A stretch of DNA of 64,000 bases from NCBI RefSeq assembly GCF_964204645.1, contig NC_134025.1, positions 13,702,001 to 13,766,000 of the forward strand, read 5' to 3'. Each line of letters opens with the position of its first letter. Position 1 is the stretch's first letter. Under the pieces are notes generated by a model that had not been told where the DNA came from, did not search any database, and saw only the letters and a program-made list of their open reading frames with translations. Below, piece after piece: positions 1 to 10,696 of this stretch. The translations under genes and the position numbers were made by a program. The stretch is from Tubulanus polymorphus (Eukaryota; Animalia; Nemertea).

Positions 1-1122
1 ACACATGTGTCTACTCTAGACACATCTTCACCCCAAAAACTGGCCCTGTCAGAATCAAGATGGCCGACTGTCAGCCATTGTTGTTCGCCAAAATCAGCAT
101 TTTTTACACAGTTTTGAAGTTTTTGAGGGAAATTTTGAAGACGCTTTGATCAATTACCTTCATCTTTCTTATATATTTGACTCCCCCAAGGGCCCATCAG
201 CATCAAATTTGGTCAATCAGACTCGAGATGGCTGTCCTATGACCTTTTTAGTGCCCAAAATAGTCAATTTTGGCTGGAATTCTGGGTCCTGTAGCATCCT
301 TCTGGTTTGCTATTTCTCATTGCAATTTGTGATGGGTATTCTTTGGAAAGGGATGTATTATACCTAAGACAGGTATTTTTGATTAGCCATTTATGACGCA
401 ATTGGCGGCCATCTTGGTGTCATCAGTACTCATTCGTAGGTGGCAAAAAGGTTTTTCCACATTATATTGATACCTAAGCATATTGTGTTACTACAATCGA
501 TTGGAAGTTGTAGCCCATAACATGTTCTATGATTTTGGTGAGTTTCAAGGTCACTGATTTTGGTATGTGGCCACCAGTGGGCATTGAATAATACAATAAC
601 TTAGTATTTCTACATTATATTTGTACCTATGCATATTTTGTCACCCGAATCAATTGCAAAGTTGTAGCTCATGACATCGTCTATGATTGTGGTGAGTTTT
701 AAGGACATTAGTTATTCTATATGGTCACCAGAGGGCGTTGAATAGTAGAATAACTTAGTATTTCCTTATATGATTGGTACTTAGGCATATTTCGTTACCA
801 TGATCAGTTGCAAAGTTGTAGTTCATGACATGTTCTATGATTGTGGTGAGTTTCAAGGTCATTGGGTTTTGCATATGGTCACCAGGGGTCGTTGAATAGT
901 AAAGTAACATGGTATTTCCATATTAAATTGGTAACGAGGCATATTTTGTTATCACAATCAATTACAAAATCATAGCTGCTGACATGTTCTATGATTGTGG
1001 TGGTTTTCCAGGTCATTGATTTTTGTATATAGTCACCAGGGGGCGTTGAATATTGAAATTGTTAGATTGTTGAGCATTTGAAACCACTTCCCAAGTGGGC
1101 ATGGTGTCCCTGGACCCCTAGT
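1..1122 (+). mobile_element. Non-autonomous Helentron-like (HINE/DINE-1/pearl-type) element, family A, copy 1; 5' end lies outside the window
   Basis: Collinear with 2276-3541. Four ~154-bp tandem units start near 471, 625, 778 and 931. 3' subterminal repeat CCAAGTGGGC (1091-1100), small stem-loop GTCC-CT-GGAC, end CTAGT followed by a T-run. Confidence 0.75.
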
Positions 1123-1330
1123 TTTATGTGAGCATTTGTTTCATTGGTTCTCGGCTTAAATGACGCATAATCGATGTGATCGAAGACATGGCGAACCTCC
1201 GTCGATGACATGGTCAACTTGTTAAAATTCTACGGAAAACTGTTTTTGGCCGGATGATTTTAGCGCTTGCGTAAAAAATGTAATGACCTCAATTGGGGGG
1301 CATTGTCTCTACAAGCGAATGTGATTGGCC
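1123..1330. repeat. Interspersed repeat fragment; diverged reverse-complement copy at about 58136-58341
   Basis: AACCTCCGTCGATGACATGGTCAACTT here versus AAGTTGACCATGTCATCGACGGAGGTT at ~58243-58269; similarity extends over ~200 bp. Confidence 0.7.
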
Positions 1331-2275
1331 CTTTTTGGGATATACGGGGAATTCCGGCGCTACTAGAATAATTATGGGAAAGCCAAAATAGCGAACGTTT
1401 CATTGGACTAGGCGCTGTGCGCTTGCAAATTCCAAATGCTCATTGCTGGTGAAAATACAATTATTTTACATATCCGCCATAGGTATTGTTTCATTTTAAT
1501 AGCCGGTGATTGTTTTAATTGACATTGAAGTGTAAGTGAACATTCACATGGCCTCCATGTGCACGCTGAGTGCTAATCATTAGACACACCCTCCTACTTC
1601 TTCAATATACACTACTATATATAGTGATACTGTAATAACGCTGCTTGCTGGCGCGCGCACGTTTGACATGAAAATAAGCTTTCATGTAAACTATTATAGC
1701 AGAAGATGAGCGCTGTGTTTTCTTTTTGATAGAATTTGTAATGAATTTCAATTTCTTGTGCCCTGAAAATACTTAGCAGCAAACTATAGGTATAGGTCAA
1801 GGTCTGAATATTTTAGTGGTATTAAAACGATCTACTGACATACGCCGATTTTTAATTACGGTACCGGTATGTTTCGTAGCTTCTGTGGCCATACATTGGA
1901 AAAGGTTGCCAAGACTCAATATTTAGCCACCCTCTGATTTGTGATATCATATGAATTTTATTCAAATATTTTTCATTTTGTGAAAAATATTTTTTCCAAC
2001 TATAAAATAGTCGTCCTGCCTACCTGTACCCTACAAAATTTTGGGTGTGAACCGTGAACTAATGTATTTTTGGCCTTGATTTGACTACAAAATAATTAAT
2101 TCAGAAAGATAAAATGAAATAATAGAACTTTGAATTCATGAATTAAAAAGATTTTTCATAAGCAATGCCCTTACCAAACAGGCTCCAGTTTTCAAGGTAA
2201 ACCACACTTTGCCCATGGGCAATTTATTTAAGTTTTCAAGGGAAATTTTTTAAAAGACTTCACATTTTGCTTGAT

Positions 2276-3541
2276 TTTTTAGCCCACTTGGACTTTAGTC
2301 CCAGCGGGCTATTGCGTTCACTTTTCGTCCGTCCGTCCGTCCATCCGTCCGTAGACGGAATCCAGTTATTTTGGGAAGTTTTGAAGACGCTTCAAGGTAA
2401 CGTCTTTATATTTGGGTTACACATGTATCTACCCTAGACACATCTTCAGCCCAAAAACTGGCCCTGTCAGAATCAAGATGGCTGACAAGCAGCCATTGTT
2501 GTTCGCCAAAATCAGCACTTTTGACACATTTTTGAACTTTTTGAGGGAAATTTTGAAGACGCTTTGATCAATTACATTGATCTTTCGGATATATGTGAAT
2601 CCCCCCAGGGCCCATCAACATAACAAAAATTGGGTCGGTCGGACTCAAGATGGCCGTCCTATGACCTTTTTAGTGCCCAAAAATGTTAATTTTGGCCCGA
2701 ATTCTGAGTCCTGTAGCTTCCTACTGGTTTGCCATTTCTCATTGCAATTTGTGATGGGTATTCTTTGGAAAGGGATGTTTTATACCTGAGACAGGTATTT
2801 TTCATCAGCCAATTATGACGCAATTGGCGGCCATCTTTGTGTCACCAGTACTCATTCATAAGTGGGAAAAAGTTTATCCACATTATATTGATACCTAAGC
2901 GTATTTTGCTACCACAATCAATTAGAAAGTTGTAGCTCATAACGTGTTCTATGATTGTGGAGAGTTTCAAGGTAATTGGATTTCGTATATGGCCACCAGG
3001 GGGCGTTGAATTATACAATATCTTTGCATTTCTTTATTATATTCGTACCTATGCATATTTTGTAACCACAATCAATTGGAAAGTTGTAGCTCATGACATC
3101 ATCTATGATTGTTGTGAGTTTTAAGGACATTAGTTTTTCTATATGGTCACCAGGGGGCATTGAATAGTAGAATAACTTAGTATTTACTTATTATATTGGT
3201 ACCTAGGCATATTTTGTTACCATGATCAATTGCAAAGTTGTAGTTCATGACATGTTCTATGATTGTGGTGAGTTTCGAGGTCATTGGGTTTTGAATATGG
3301 TCACCAGGGGGCGTTGAATAGTAGGATGACTTAGTATTTCCATATTAAATTGGTAACGAGGCATATTTTGCTATCACAATCAATTACAAAATCGTAGCTG
3401 CTGACATCTATGATTTTGTTGAGTTTCAAGGTCGTTGGTTTTTGTAAATGGTCACAAGGGGGCGTTGAATATTGAAATTGTTAGATTGTTGAGCATTTGA
3501 AACCACTTCCCAAGTGGGCATGGTGTCCCTGGACCCCTAGT
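2276..3541 (+). mobile_element. Complete HINE family A element
   Basis: T-run, 5' subTIR AGCCCACTTGG (2281-2291), partial inverted repeat CCAGCGGGCT (2301-2310), (CCGT)n microsatellite (~2327-2352), four ~154-bp units (~2891, 3046, 3200, 3353), 3' subTIR CCAAGTGGGC (3510-3519), stem-loop and CTAGT. This is the established HINE/DINE-1 layout. Confidence 0.8.
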
Positions 3542-3789
3542 CATATGTTTATATCTATCCATCGTTAGTAGGATCAGATGCAAGATGACTGTCCTGTGAA
3601 CTTTTTCATGTTTTTGGCTTCAATTCCATGACCATAGCTTACATATGGTTTGTCATTTTCCTTGAAATTTATTATGGGACAGAGTGTACTATGGGAAGGG
3701 ATCATTTACATATCAGACAGGTTTTGTGATCAGTCAATTTCTGCTTAATTGGCAGCCAACTAAGTAACAAGCATTTTAAAAAGTTGTAA

Positions 3790-4965
3790 GAACGATGTAT
3801 GAGCAGCAGCCTTTCTTACGTTTGTCCATAAGCTTATTGATACGATCAGCTTTGAAGGATGCAACAGCATTATGACAATTGGTGCGATCTGTCCTGGGCA
3901 GAATACCCCATGTCTCAGTGTCCATGCCGCTGGATTTAAATTGACGCTTGAGTGAGTCCTTGAAGCTGAGATGTGGACGGCCATCACGCAGTTAGTAGTA
4001 GGGCCTTAGGTATCCTGCTATCATCCATCTGTACAAGGTGACCACACCAGCGGAGTTGAGCTTTCATGATATGCGCCTCGACGCCAATACAGCCACACCT
4101 CTCAAACACGGTTGTGTTCAGTACATAGTCCTGCCATTTTATTCCACAGATGCGCCTTAGGCAGTGCATTTGTCTTGCAGCCATACAACATAAATGAGAG
4201 TAGTCGCTTGGTAGACTTGGATCTTGTAGACAGTCTGTTGCCATGATCGTTCTAAAGTCTCTTATTGCGTCTGGGAATGCAGTTCTGGCCTAATGGTAGC
4301 ACCATAAGACGTTCAGATATCCCTTCTGGGGCTGTCTCTAGGTCTTTCATCAAGTCGGTTCTGATGGCAAAGCCAACTCCAGCATGCCTTGGGGTACCCT
4401 CTGGTAGTCCTTTCCAGAAGAAAGCGTAACCAGAATCTGACTGCTTGCGAAAAGCATTGCTGTTGACCTGCACATATTTTAAGTGGGTGTTGTTTGTGCT
4501 GAGCAAGACCACTCTCTCGTCTGCAGCAGTCATGTTCCATCTGATGCCACTGGAGGCTGGAGCAGATGCAGATCAATTGCCTTGTTGGGCTAGAGAACTT
4601 AATCCATCCTGGTTTCCGAAACGGCAATGTCCTTCACCTAGGAAGGCTGCCATCGTCCAAGGCTATCCGGGTTTGAACTCAGTGTTTTCCATCACCTAGG
4701 AAGGCTGCCATCATCCGAGGCTGCCAGCTCAGATGCCTTGCAGGGCTTATGGTCACTTAGCAGACCAGGTTTTTGAATCAGAGTTTTCCGTCTCCTAGGT
4801 GCAGTTTATTGCGAGCTCCAACTCGGCTCAATATGGTCCGTGGTTGGCTTTCCTATTATGACCAGGCAGGCCCCACAAATGAGGCTCCCCCTATCCGCCA
4901 CCTGGGGACGCGTTGAGTGGCTCCATGAGCTGATCTCTGGGAATGATACCCAGAACCCAGCCTAG
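3790..4965 (-). pseudogene. Internally deleted, decayed RTE-clade LINE
   Basis: Endonuclease fragment SGYAFFWKGLPEGTPRHAGVGFAI...EGISERLM lies next to the C-terminal fragment CLRRICGIKWQD...QLRWCGHLVQMDDSRIPKALL and GRPHLSFKDSLK. The RT core is missing. RTE-like 5' region at 4630-4960. Confidence 0.8.
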
Positions 4966-5489
4966 GAATTAAGGATACAAAACTGTAATGATAGTATCGA
5001 TGATATGGTTTGTAGTCTTGAACTACGAGTTTTTATCACCAGTGAATTTTTAACCCTCTGTCCTTACGGACCGATGAAATGATATTCATCCAATCAAACA
5101 TAGGCAAGCCTATTTATTATATATTGATATTTCCAATAAGAGTGCAGTAATTTTAAGGGGGTCACACTTATATTTGATTTTATGATAACATTAAAACTAA
5201 TTAGACATCATTTCACTACACACTACTTGGTGTGAATTTTAAAGGTGGCTGATAACGATCTGACAATCAGTGCCCAGTGTGTATATATTTACAATTAGCT
5301 CACAATGCAGGAAACATGTTGGCTCATAATGAAAGTACATCACTTAGACACACTGCTATGGTGCTATCGCCATTGATTTCGCTAAAAGTTTGGTCGGAAA
5401 AAATACATTGTCAGTTTAAAAATGGTACTGCCATGTCCAAAGCAGACATACTGCTTGCTACAGCCTGGCAGGGGGCATTGAATGGCTGA

Positions 5490-5674
5490 GTTACATATTA
5501 TTTGCACTATGCATTTTGTAACCACAATCGATTGCAAAGTTCTAGCCCCAAATTTATAAATTCAATGATTGTGGCAAGCAACTTTGATTACTGTATTTGT
5601 TGACCAAGGGATGTTGAATATTGAAATTGTCAAGTATTTCACAAAGTTTGCATGGTTTCCCTGGACCCCTAGTT
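5490..5674 (+). mobile_element. Old HINE family A 3' end immediately upstream of a PDSS2 exon
   Basis: One diverged tandem unit plus the terminal CATGGTTTCCCTGGACCCCTAGTT. Confidence 0.65.
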
Positions 5675-5701
5675 AAGAAAAACCTTGCATATTTTCCTTA
5701 G

Positions 5702-5897
5702 CCAGAGACAGTTAGCGGAAATCACAGAAATGATCCACACTGCCACACTTATACATAAAGGCGTCATCAATCTTAAAGATGTGATCATAGAAGAACAGAA
5801 AAAAGATATGAAATTTGGAAATAAGGTTGCGATACTCAGTGGAGACTTCTTGTTGGCAAATGCGTGCACAGGCTTAGCATCGTTGAATAATACTGAA
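5702..5897 (+). CDS. PDSS2: Decaprenyl-diphosphate synthase subunit 2, internal exon; upstream exons lie outside the window
   Basis: [25 protein letters not shown]...[31 protein letters not shown] matches PDSS2/DLP1. Acceptor ttttccttAG at 5700-5701, donor GTAAGG at 5898. Confidence 0.9.
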
Positions 5898-5987
5898 GTA
5901 AGGTGAATTTAAATATTCTGACTTCTATATTTCCTTTGTCAGATGTTTGATGAGACCATGCACTAATTTTTGATATAATCATTGTAG

Positions 5988-6215
5988 GTTGTGGAGATAA
6001 TTTCCGGTGCTATTGCCAACTTAGTGGAGGCAGAATTTACTTCACGAGTCGGGGATATTTTCACATCATTCGATGTTTGGAAGCAGTACACATATCTTTC
6101 AATTGCAGCTTTAATTGCAAAAAGTTGTCAAGCTGCCTTAATTTTGGCACATCACTCGGTGAATTACCAGAAAAATGCTTATGAGTATGGTAAGCATGTG
6201 GCCTTTTTACATCAA
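5988..6215 (+). CDS. PDSS2: PDSS2 internal exon
   Basis: VVEIISGAIANLVEAEF...WKQYTYLSIAALIAKSCQAALILAHH...AYEYGKHVAFLHQ. Boundaries ttgtAG / GTAAGT, 228 nt, phase 0-0. Confidence 0.9.
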
Positions 6216-6410
6216 GTAAGTAACATTCATGTTAAGCCCACTTGCATTCGTTGTTTGTCCATTAAATTTTGACAGATCCATCCATAGGAAAGAAATGTAT
6301 TGTGAAACCTGATATATCAAACAAAATATTTCCCAAATTTTACAAGGATTATGAAGTAATGGAAGTGTCCATCAAGCCAGAAGGAAAAATGTTCTACAAA
6401 AGAAAATGAA

Positions 6411-6726
6411 TTAGGCCCTTCAAAGTTGATACCTTGTTTCTCATCAAATCGCGAAGCCGCCCACGTCACTCCCGAAAGCCAAAATAAAAAGTAAGAAATA
6501 AAGTCCGAAACCCGCGTCGGATTGTTTACGGTTGACCCTTTCTTTCTTTTAAAAATAAAATCACCCCACACCCACCCGCCCTCGTCTCATTGGAAAATAT
6601 GAATATACCAGTTTATTTCCACTTTTTTATTTTAGAAATGCTCATAATCATAAAATTCGCCTGCCCTCATCATGTCTAGAAAAGAGGTTTGGATGAAAAA
6701 CAAGGTATCAACTTTGAAGGGCCTAA
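6411..6726. mobile_element. MITE with ~35-bp terminal inverted repeats, in a PDSS2 intron
   Basis: TTAGGCCCTTCAAAGTTGATACCTTGTTTCTCATC ... GATGAAAAACAAGGTATCAACTTTGAAGGGCCTAA. Confidence 0.8.
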
Positions 6727-6895
6727 TACCCAAAATGTCAGTCCAACAGAATTAAGTTTTATAGAAAGTTTTCCACATGCATTGGTCTCTGTTAATATTC
6801 AAGATAATTTCATGAAACTTGTATACTTGTTAAGGGCATTGTTCCATAGTTTGCTTTTTAGGGAAATTATGATGCAGTTTTTATCTTTTCTTCAG

Positions 6896-7039
6896 CTTTA
6901 TCAAGATTTGCAGCCATTTATTCATCCAAATGAATTTGGCCAAGAGTTCAGAATATCGTCAGCACCTGCTGTTTTGTATTTTCACGAGAAAAAGATTGAC
7001 ATTTCTTCAGTCTCTTTGGGCAAGCAGGATAAGCAACAA
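6896..7039 (+). CDS. PDSS2: PDSS2 penultimate exon
   Basis: LYQDLQPFIHPNEFGQEFRISSAPAVLYFHE... matches the PDSS2 DVQPF...SAPVVL region. Polypyrimidine tract plus cAG at 6894-6895, donor GTAGGT at 7040, 144 nt. Confidence 0.85.
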
Positions 7040-7974
7040 GTAGGTGTTAGGAGGTAGCTGCAAAAATATAAAAGGTTAAAAAAGACACCTTATGTAAGAG
7101 ACCAAACAGTGAAAAAAGAAAATGGCCTGTTGGTTGATCTTCAATAACATGTTCTTAATTTTAACCAACCTGGCGCTATTGCATTCACTTTTTGCCAATT
7201 TTCATCATTCATCTGTCAAGTAATTTAGGGAAATTTTCAACATAGTTTTATGTTTTGCTTCAATTTGGTTTATGTACATATCTATCCTAACCATCTAAAC
7301 ATATCTGCAAGGCCTTAATTGGGCCCAATCAGAATTAAGATGGCGATTGCTGTTTGCCAAAATGAGCACTTTTTGTATATTTTTAAAATTTTCGTGGGAT
7401 GTTTTGTGGACACTTCGGTGAATTATCTTGAGGTTTGGCGTCATATATGTATCCTACTAGGGCCCATCATCTTATGAAACAAATAAAGCGAAAATAGTTC
7501 CATATTAGGGCAAAGCCTTTAAATCATTAGACAGTCAGAACTTTTTTGAACTAAAGTGCTGATATAAGTGATGATTCCCCCATTCAAATTGTTAGATTTT
7601 GATCGTTACTTTAGTAATTAAAGCATGATGATACATTGTGATTAGCGTATTGAATGACAGCGCCATATTTGAGCTGTGCGTCGATCGTTGTGTCATGGAA
7701 TTAGGGTGGAACTACCTTTATTGTATTGTAGAGTTTATTAAAATAACACTGATTGTCATTTCAATGGCAATATATTCGACAGACATTCGCCATTCTGCCC
7801 AAGTTCGCAATGCTAGACATTCGACATCCAAACGACGTACCCTTACGCATGTAATCGACAGGCTTTCCGCATCCTTGCAAAAACTTATCATCAAGGCATC
7901 AACAAGGTCGATGTCAATTGTCTGAGAGGGGATTGGTACAGACACTTAGACTGACAGCTGCATAAAGGTAATTG

Positions 7975-9100
7975 ACGATCAAATATGGCTGCCCGAGTGG
8001 CCATCTTGAATTTCTTGTTTGCATGATGCAGCCCGCAATTCTTGATGGATTTCCTCCAAAATATGGTGTGAGGATCAGGGCAGGTAAGCTATCCATCCCT
8101 GAATATGGAGGTCATCTTGAATATGGAGGTCATCGGCTTTCAAATATGGCTACCAGGGCAGCCATCTTGAATTTAATTTCTTGTTAGCATGAAACAGCCT
8201 GCAATTCTTGATGCATTTCCATGAAACTTGGTGTGAGTATTTGGGTAGGTGGGTACCCCTTATTGCAAATTGAGGTCATCGGCTGTCAAGTATAGCAACC
8301 AGGGTGGCCATCCATCTTGGATTTCTTTTTAGCACAATACTCTACAGCTTACAATTCTTGATGGATTTTTAGCATTGGTTGACGTCTATGACGTCATGCC
8401 AATTGTAGTAAAATGGATCGAAAGTCGTAGTCGAAAAAAAAGCCCTGACTCTTCTCATTTTCAGAGCAACTTCAAATTGTAACTCCGTTCTCGTAAAACA
8501 GTAGACACAGCTGACAATGACTCAAATAATGTTTCAATTATTCCCTACTAGATAGCGTCGCCAGACACATTGACTTCGGCAGTAAAAAATGGGGAACGGC
8601 CTCTTCTGAATAGAAAAACATAAAATGATGTACCTCCGATTTAGAAATATCGGAGGTCATCGGCTTTAGAATATGGCCGCCAGGTCAGCCATCTCAAATT
8701 TCTAGCACAAAACGGCCTGCAATTCTTGATTTTCATGATACTAGGAGAAAGAATTTTGGTAGGTGAAATGTCTACCCCTTATTGAAAATTGAGTTCAAGT
8801 ATGGCCACCAGGGTTGCCATCCATCTTGGATTTCTTTTCAGCACGATGCCTACACCAATTCTTGATGCATTTTTTCATGTAGTGTGATCTTTGCAGGGCA
8901 GCTAAAATGGGCTTGTCTTTTCATGTAAGGATATATTAACAGAAAATGAACATTATCGCCACATAGCCTATACCATCTTAACTACGGTATTTTAAAACTT
9001 GTTACATCGTTACAATGTAAATCTTTCTGTAAAACTTTGAATACTGAATCATTCTTCTTCTACTGGGTCATGAAGGTACAAGGCCCGCGGGCCTCTTGTT
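7975..9100 (+). mobile_element. Second HINE-like family (B), interrupted
   Basis: Tandem units built on AAATATGGCnnCC...GCCATCTTG(A/G)ATTT; terminal hairpin AGGCCCGCGGGCCT (9081-9094) followed by CTTGTT. Confidence 0.6.
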
Positions 9101-9113
9101 AGGGAATTGAATC

Positions 9114-9325
9114 GAGCAGCCTCAGTAGCTATGTGAGATAAGGCGTGATGCTGTTGCGTCCAGTATCAGTGCTCAGTGACAAGTGGGTTCGAGTCCTGCT
9201 GACTGCTTTCAGTGTGCGGGCAACACTTCAAAGGCCGTCCCGTCGTGAGGTTAAATGAGCAATCCAATAGGGTTAAAAACCAAGGTCCGAATGACGTTAA
9301 CAAACAATAAGACAAACAATCAATC
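9114..9325 (+). mobile_element. tRNA-derived SINE
   Basis: A-box-like TAGCTATGTGAG, B-box GGTTCGAGTCC (~9186-9196), head closed by GCAG/CTGC pairing, and a simple-repeat tail ACAAACAATAAGACAAACAATCAATC. Confidence 0.55.
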
Positions 9326-10696
9326 CTCAGCCTGCCTCAGTATTGACACCAACGCAGGCATCGCTCTCTGTGCGACTTTTTGATGCGTACGTTTGTCCGG
9401 TTGATCTACCTACAGTCAACCTAAATTGGTCTCGTTTTTAAGAAACATTATTCTCTTTAAAATTCTGTGTCTAATTCGTACTCCATAATCCGTATTTTCA
9501 CTTATTCCGTAGCCAAATGATTGGTCCCGTTGTCAAATTTATATATGTAAATCCTTGTGTAATCCGTATCAGCTGTATCAGCTGTTGGGAACATATACTT
9601 AAAGTGAAAAAAGTATAAACATCTGTAATCTAATGAGGTTAATGTGGTCAGTAGGAAAAATGTGAAACTCCAGTAAATACTGAAGTTAATTCATCAATCT
9701 CATAGTTTCAAGCTTCACTAAATAATAAATATTCAGTATGCTATTATCTGTCAATCAGCAAAAGTACTTTGATGAATCGCCCTGAAGTACATGGCCTGTG
9801 GGTTATCTGTACTAGACACACGATGGCATCAAATTGTCCCACTCTACTGAAACCAGTTGGTTTTTTCTTTTCATGTATAAAATGGATCTAATGAACCATC
9901 GGATACTATAAACTTTTTGTTTCAAGGTTGACTGTATTATGCATCAAGAGTATTTTGCATTCAGAAAAATCGTTCTGTTTTTTTTTTTTCATTATTCAGC
10001 AATAGGGCCTAACAGCTCATGCAAGGAAAACCACAGTCAGTCGCCCTTACCCTACCCTTACAGTTGTACGTTAAATACAAATCTTGTGTAGGCGAAAGTG
10101 CCGAAATTGTTGTATCAAATGGGTTTTTTATACAAATCTTGATTGATATAAATCTCTTGGCTGGGACATAATGGAAAACATCAGAATAAACTAGTTTCAT
10201 CTTTAACAAAATCGCGTTAATGAGGTTAAACAATGCAAATAGTGTAGGCTAAATCGTTCGGCAGAAAAATGAAATTCATTTAATTCTTAAGTCTGTGGTC
10301 CTCCCAATCAACATCTTCATTGAACATTTTCCGGCAGATGTAAAGCATTAACCACTTAATACCTTACCACAGTATAATCTACCAATGCTTCAAGAACCAT
10401 GGGCCTCATGTTTTGACGTTGTGTGACGTTTCGGACAGGTAAGATGGTTTGGCTCTCTTGTCTTTTCATGTGAGGATATATGCACAGAAAATGAATTTAT
10501 CACCACGTAGCTTATACAATCTAAACTACATGTATATTTTAGAACTTGTTAATATTTTCATGGTTTATTGGTACCTTTGCAAATTTTGTTACCATAACTG
10601 ATCCAATATGGCGGCGACCACTAAAAGCTTGATCGGTCGCCTCGACAGTTTTCCTGTTTTTTTTTTTGTGAGGTATTAAAACGACACAACCTAGAA

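Noticed and set aside
471-1050. Regularly spaced repeats that might suggest a CRISPR array
   Set aside because: The units are contiguous ~154-bp tandem copies with no unique spacers, inside a eukaryotic transposon; no cas genes are present.
146-2789. Similar short ORFs at 146-367 and 2577-2789
   Set aside because: They are chance translations of two copies of the same non-coding HINE.
5750-5780. Loss of the DDxxD motif in the prenyltransferase (HKGVINLK)
   Set aside because: This is expected for the non-catalytic subunit PDSS2/DLP1 and is not novel.
9114-9206. Possible tRNA gene
   Set aside because: No clean cloverleaf; it continues into a body and simple-repeat tail typical of a SINE.
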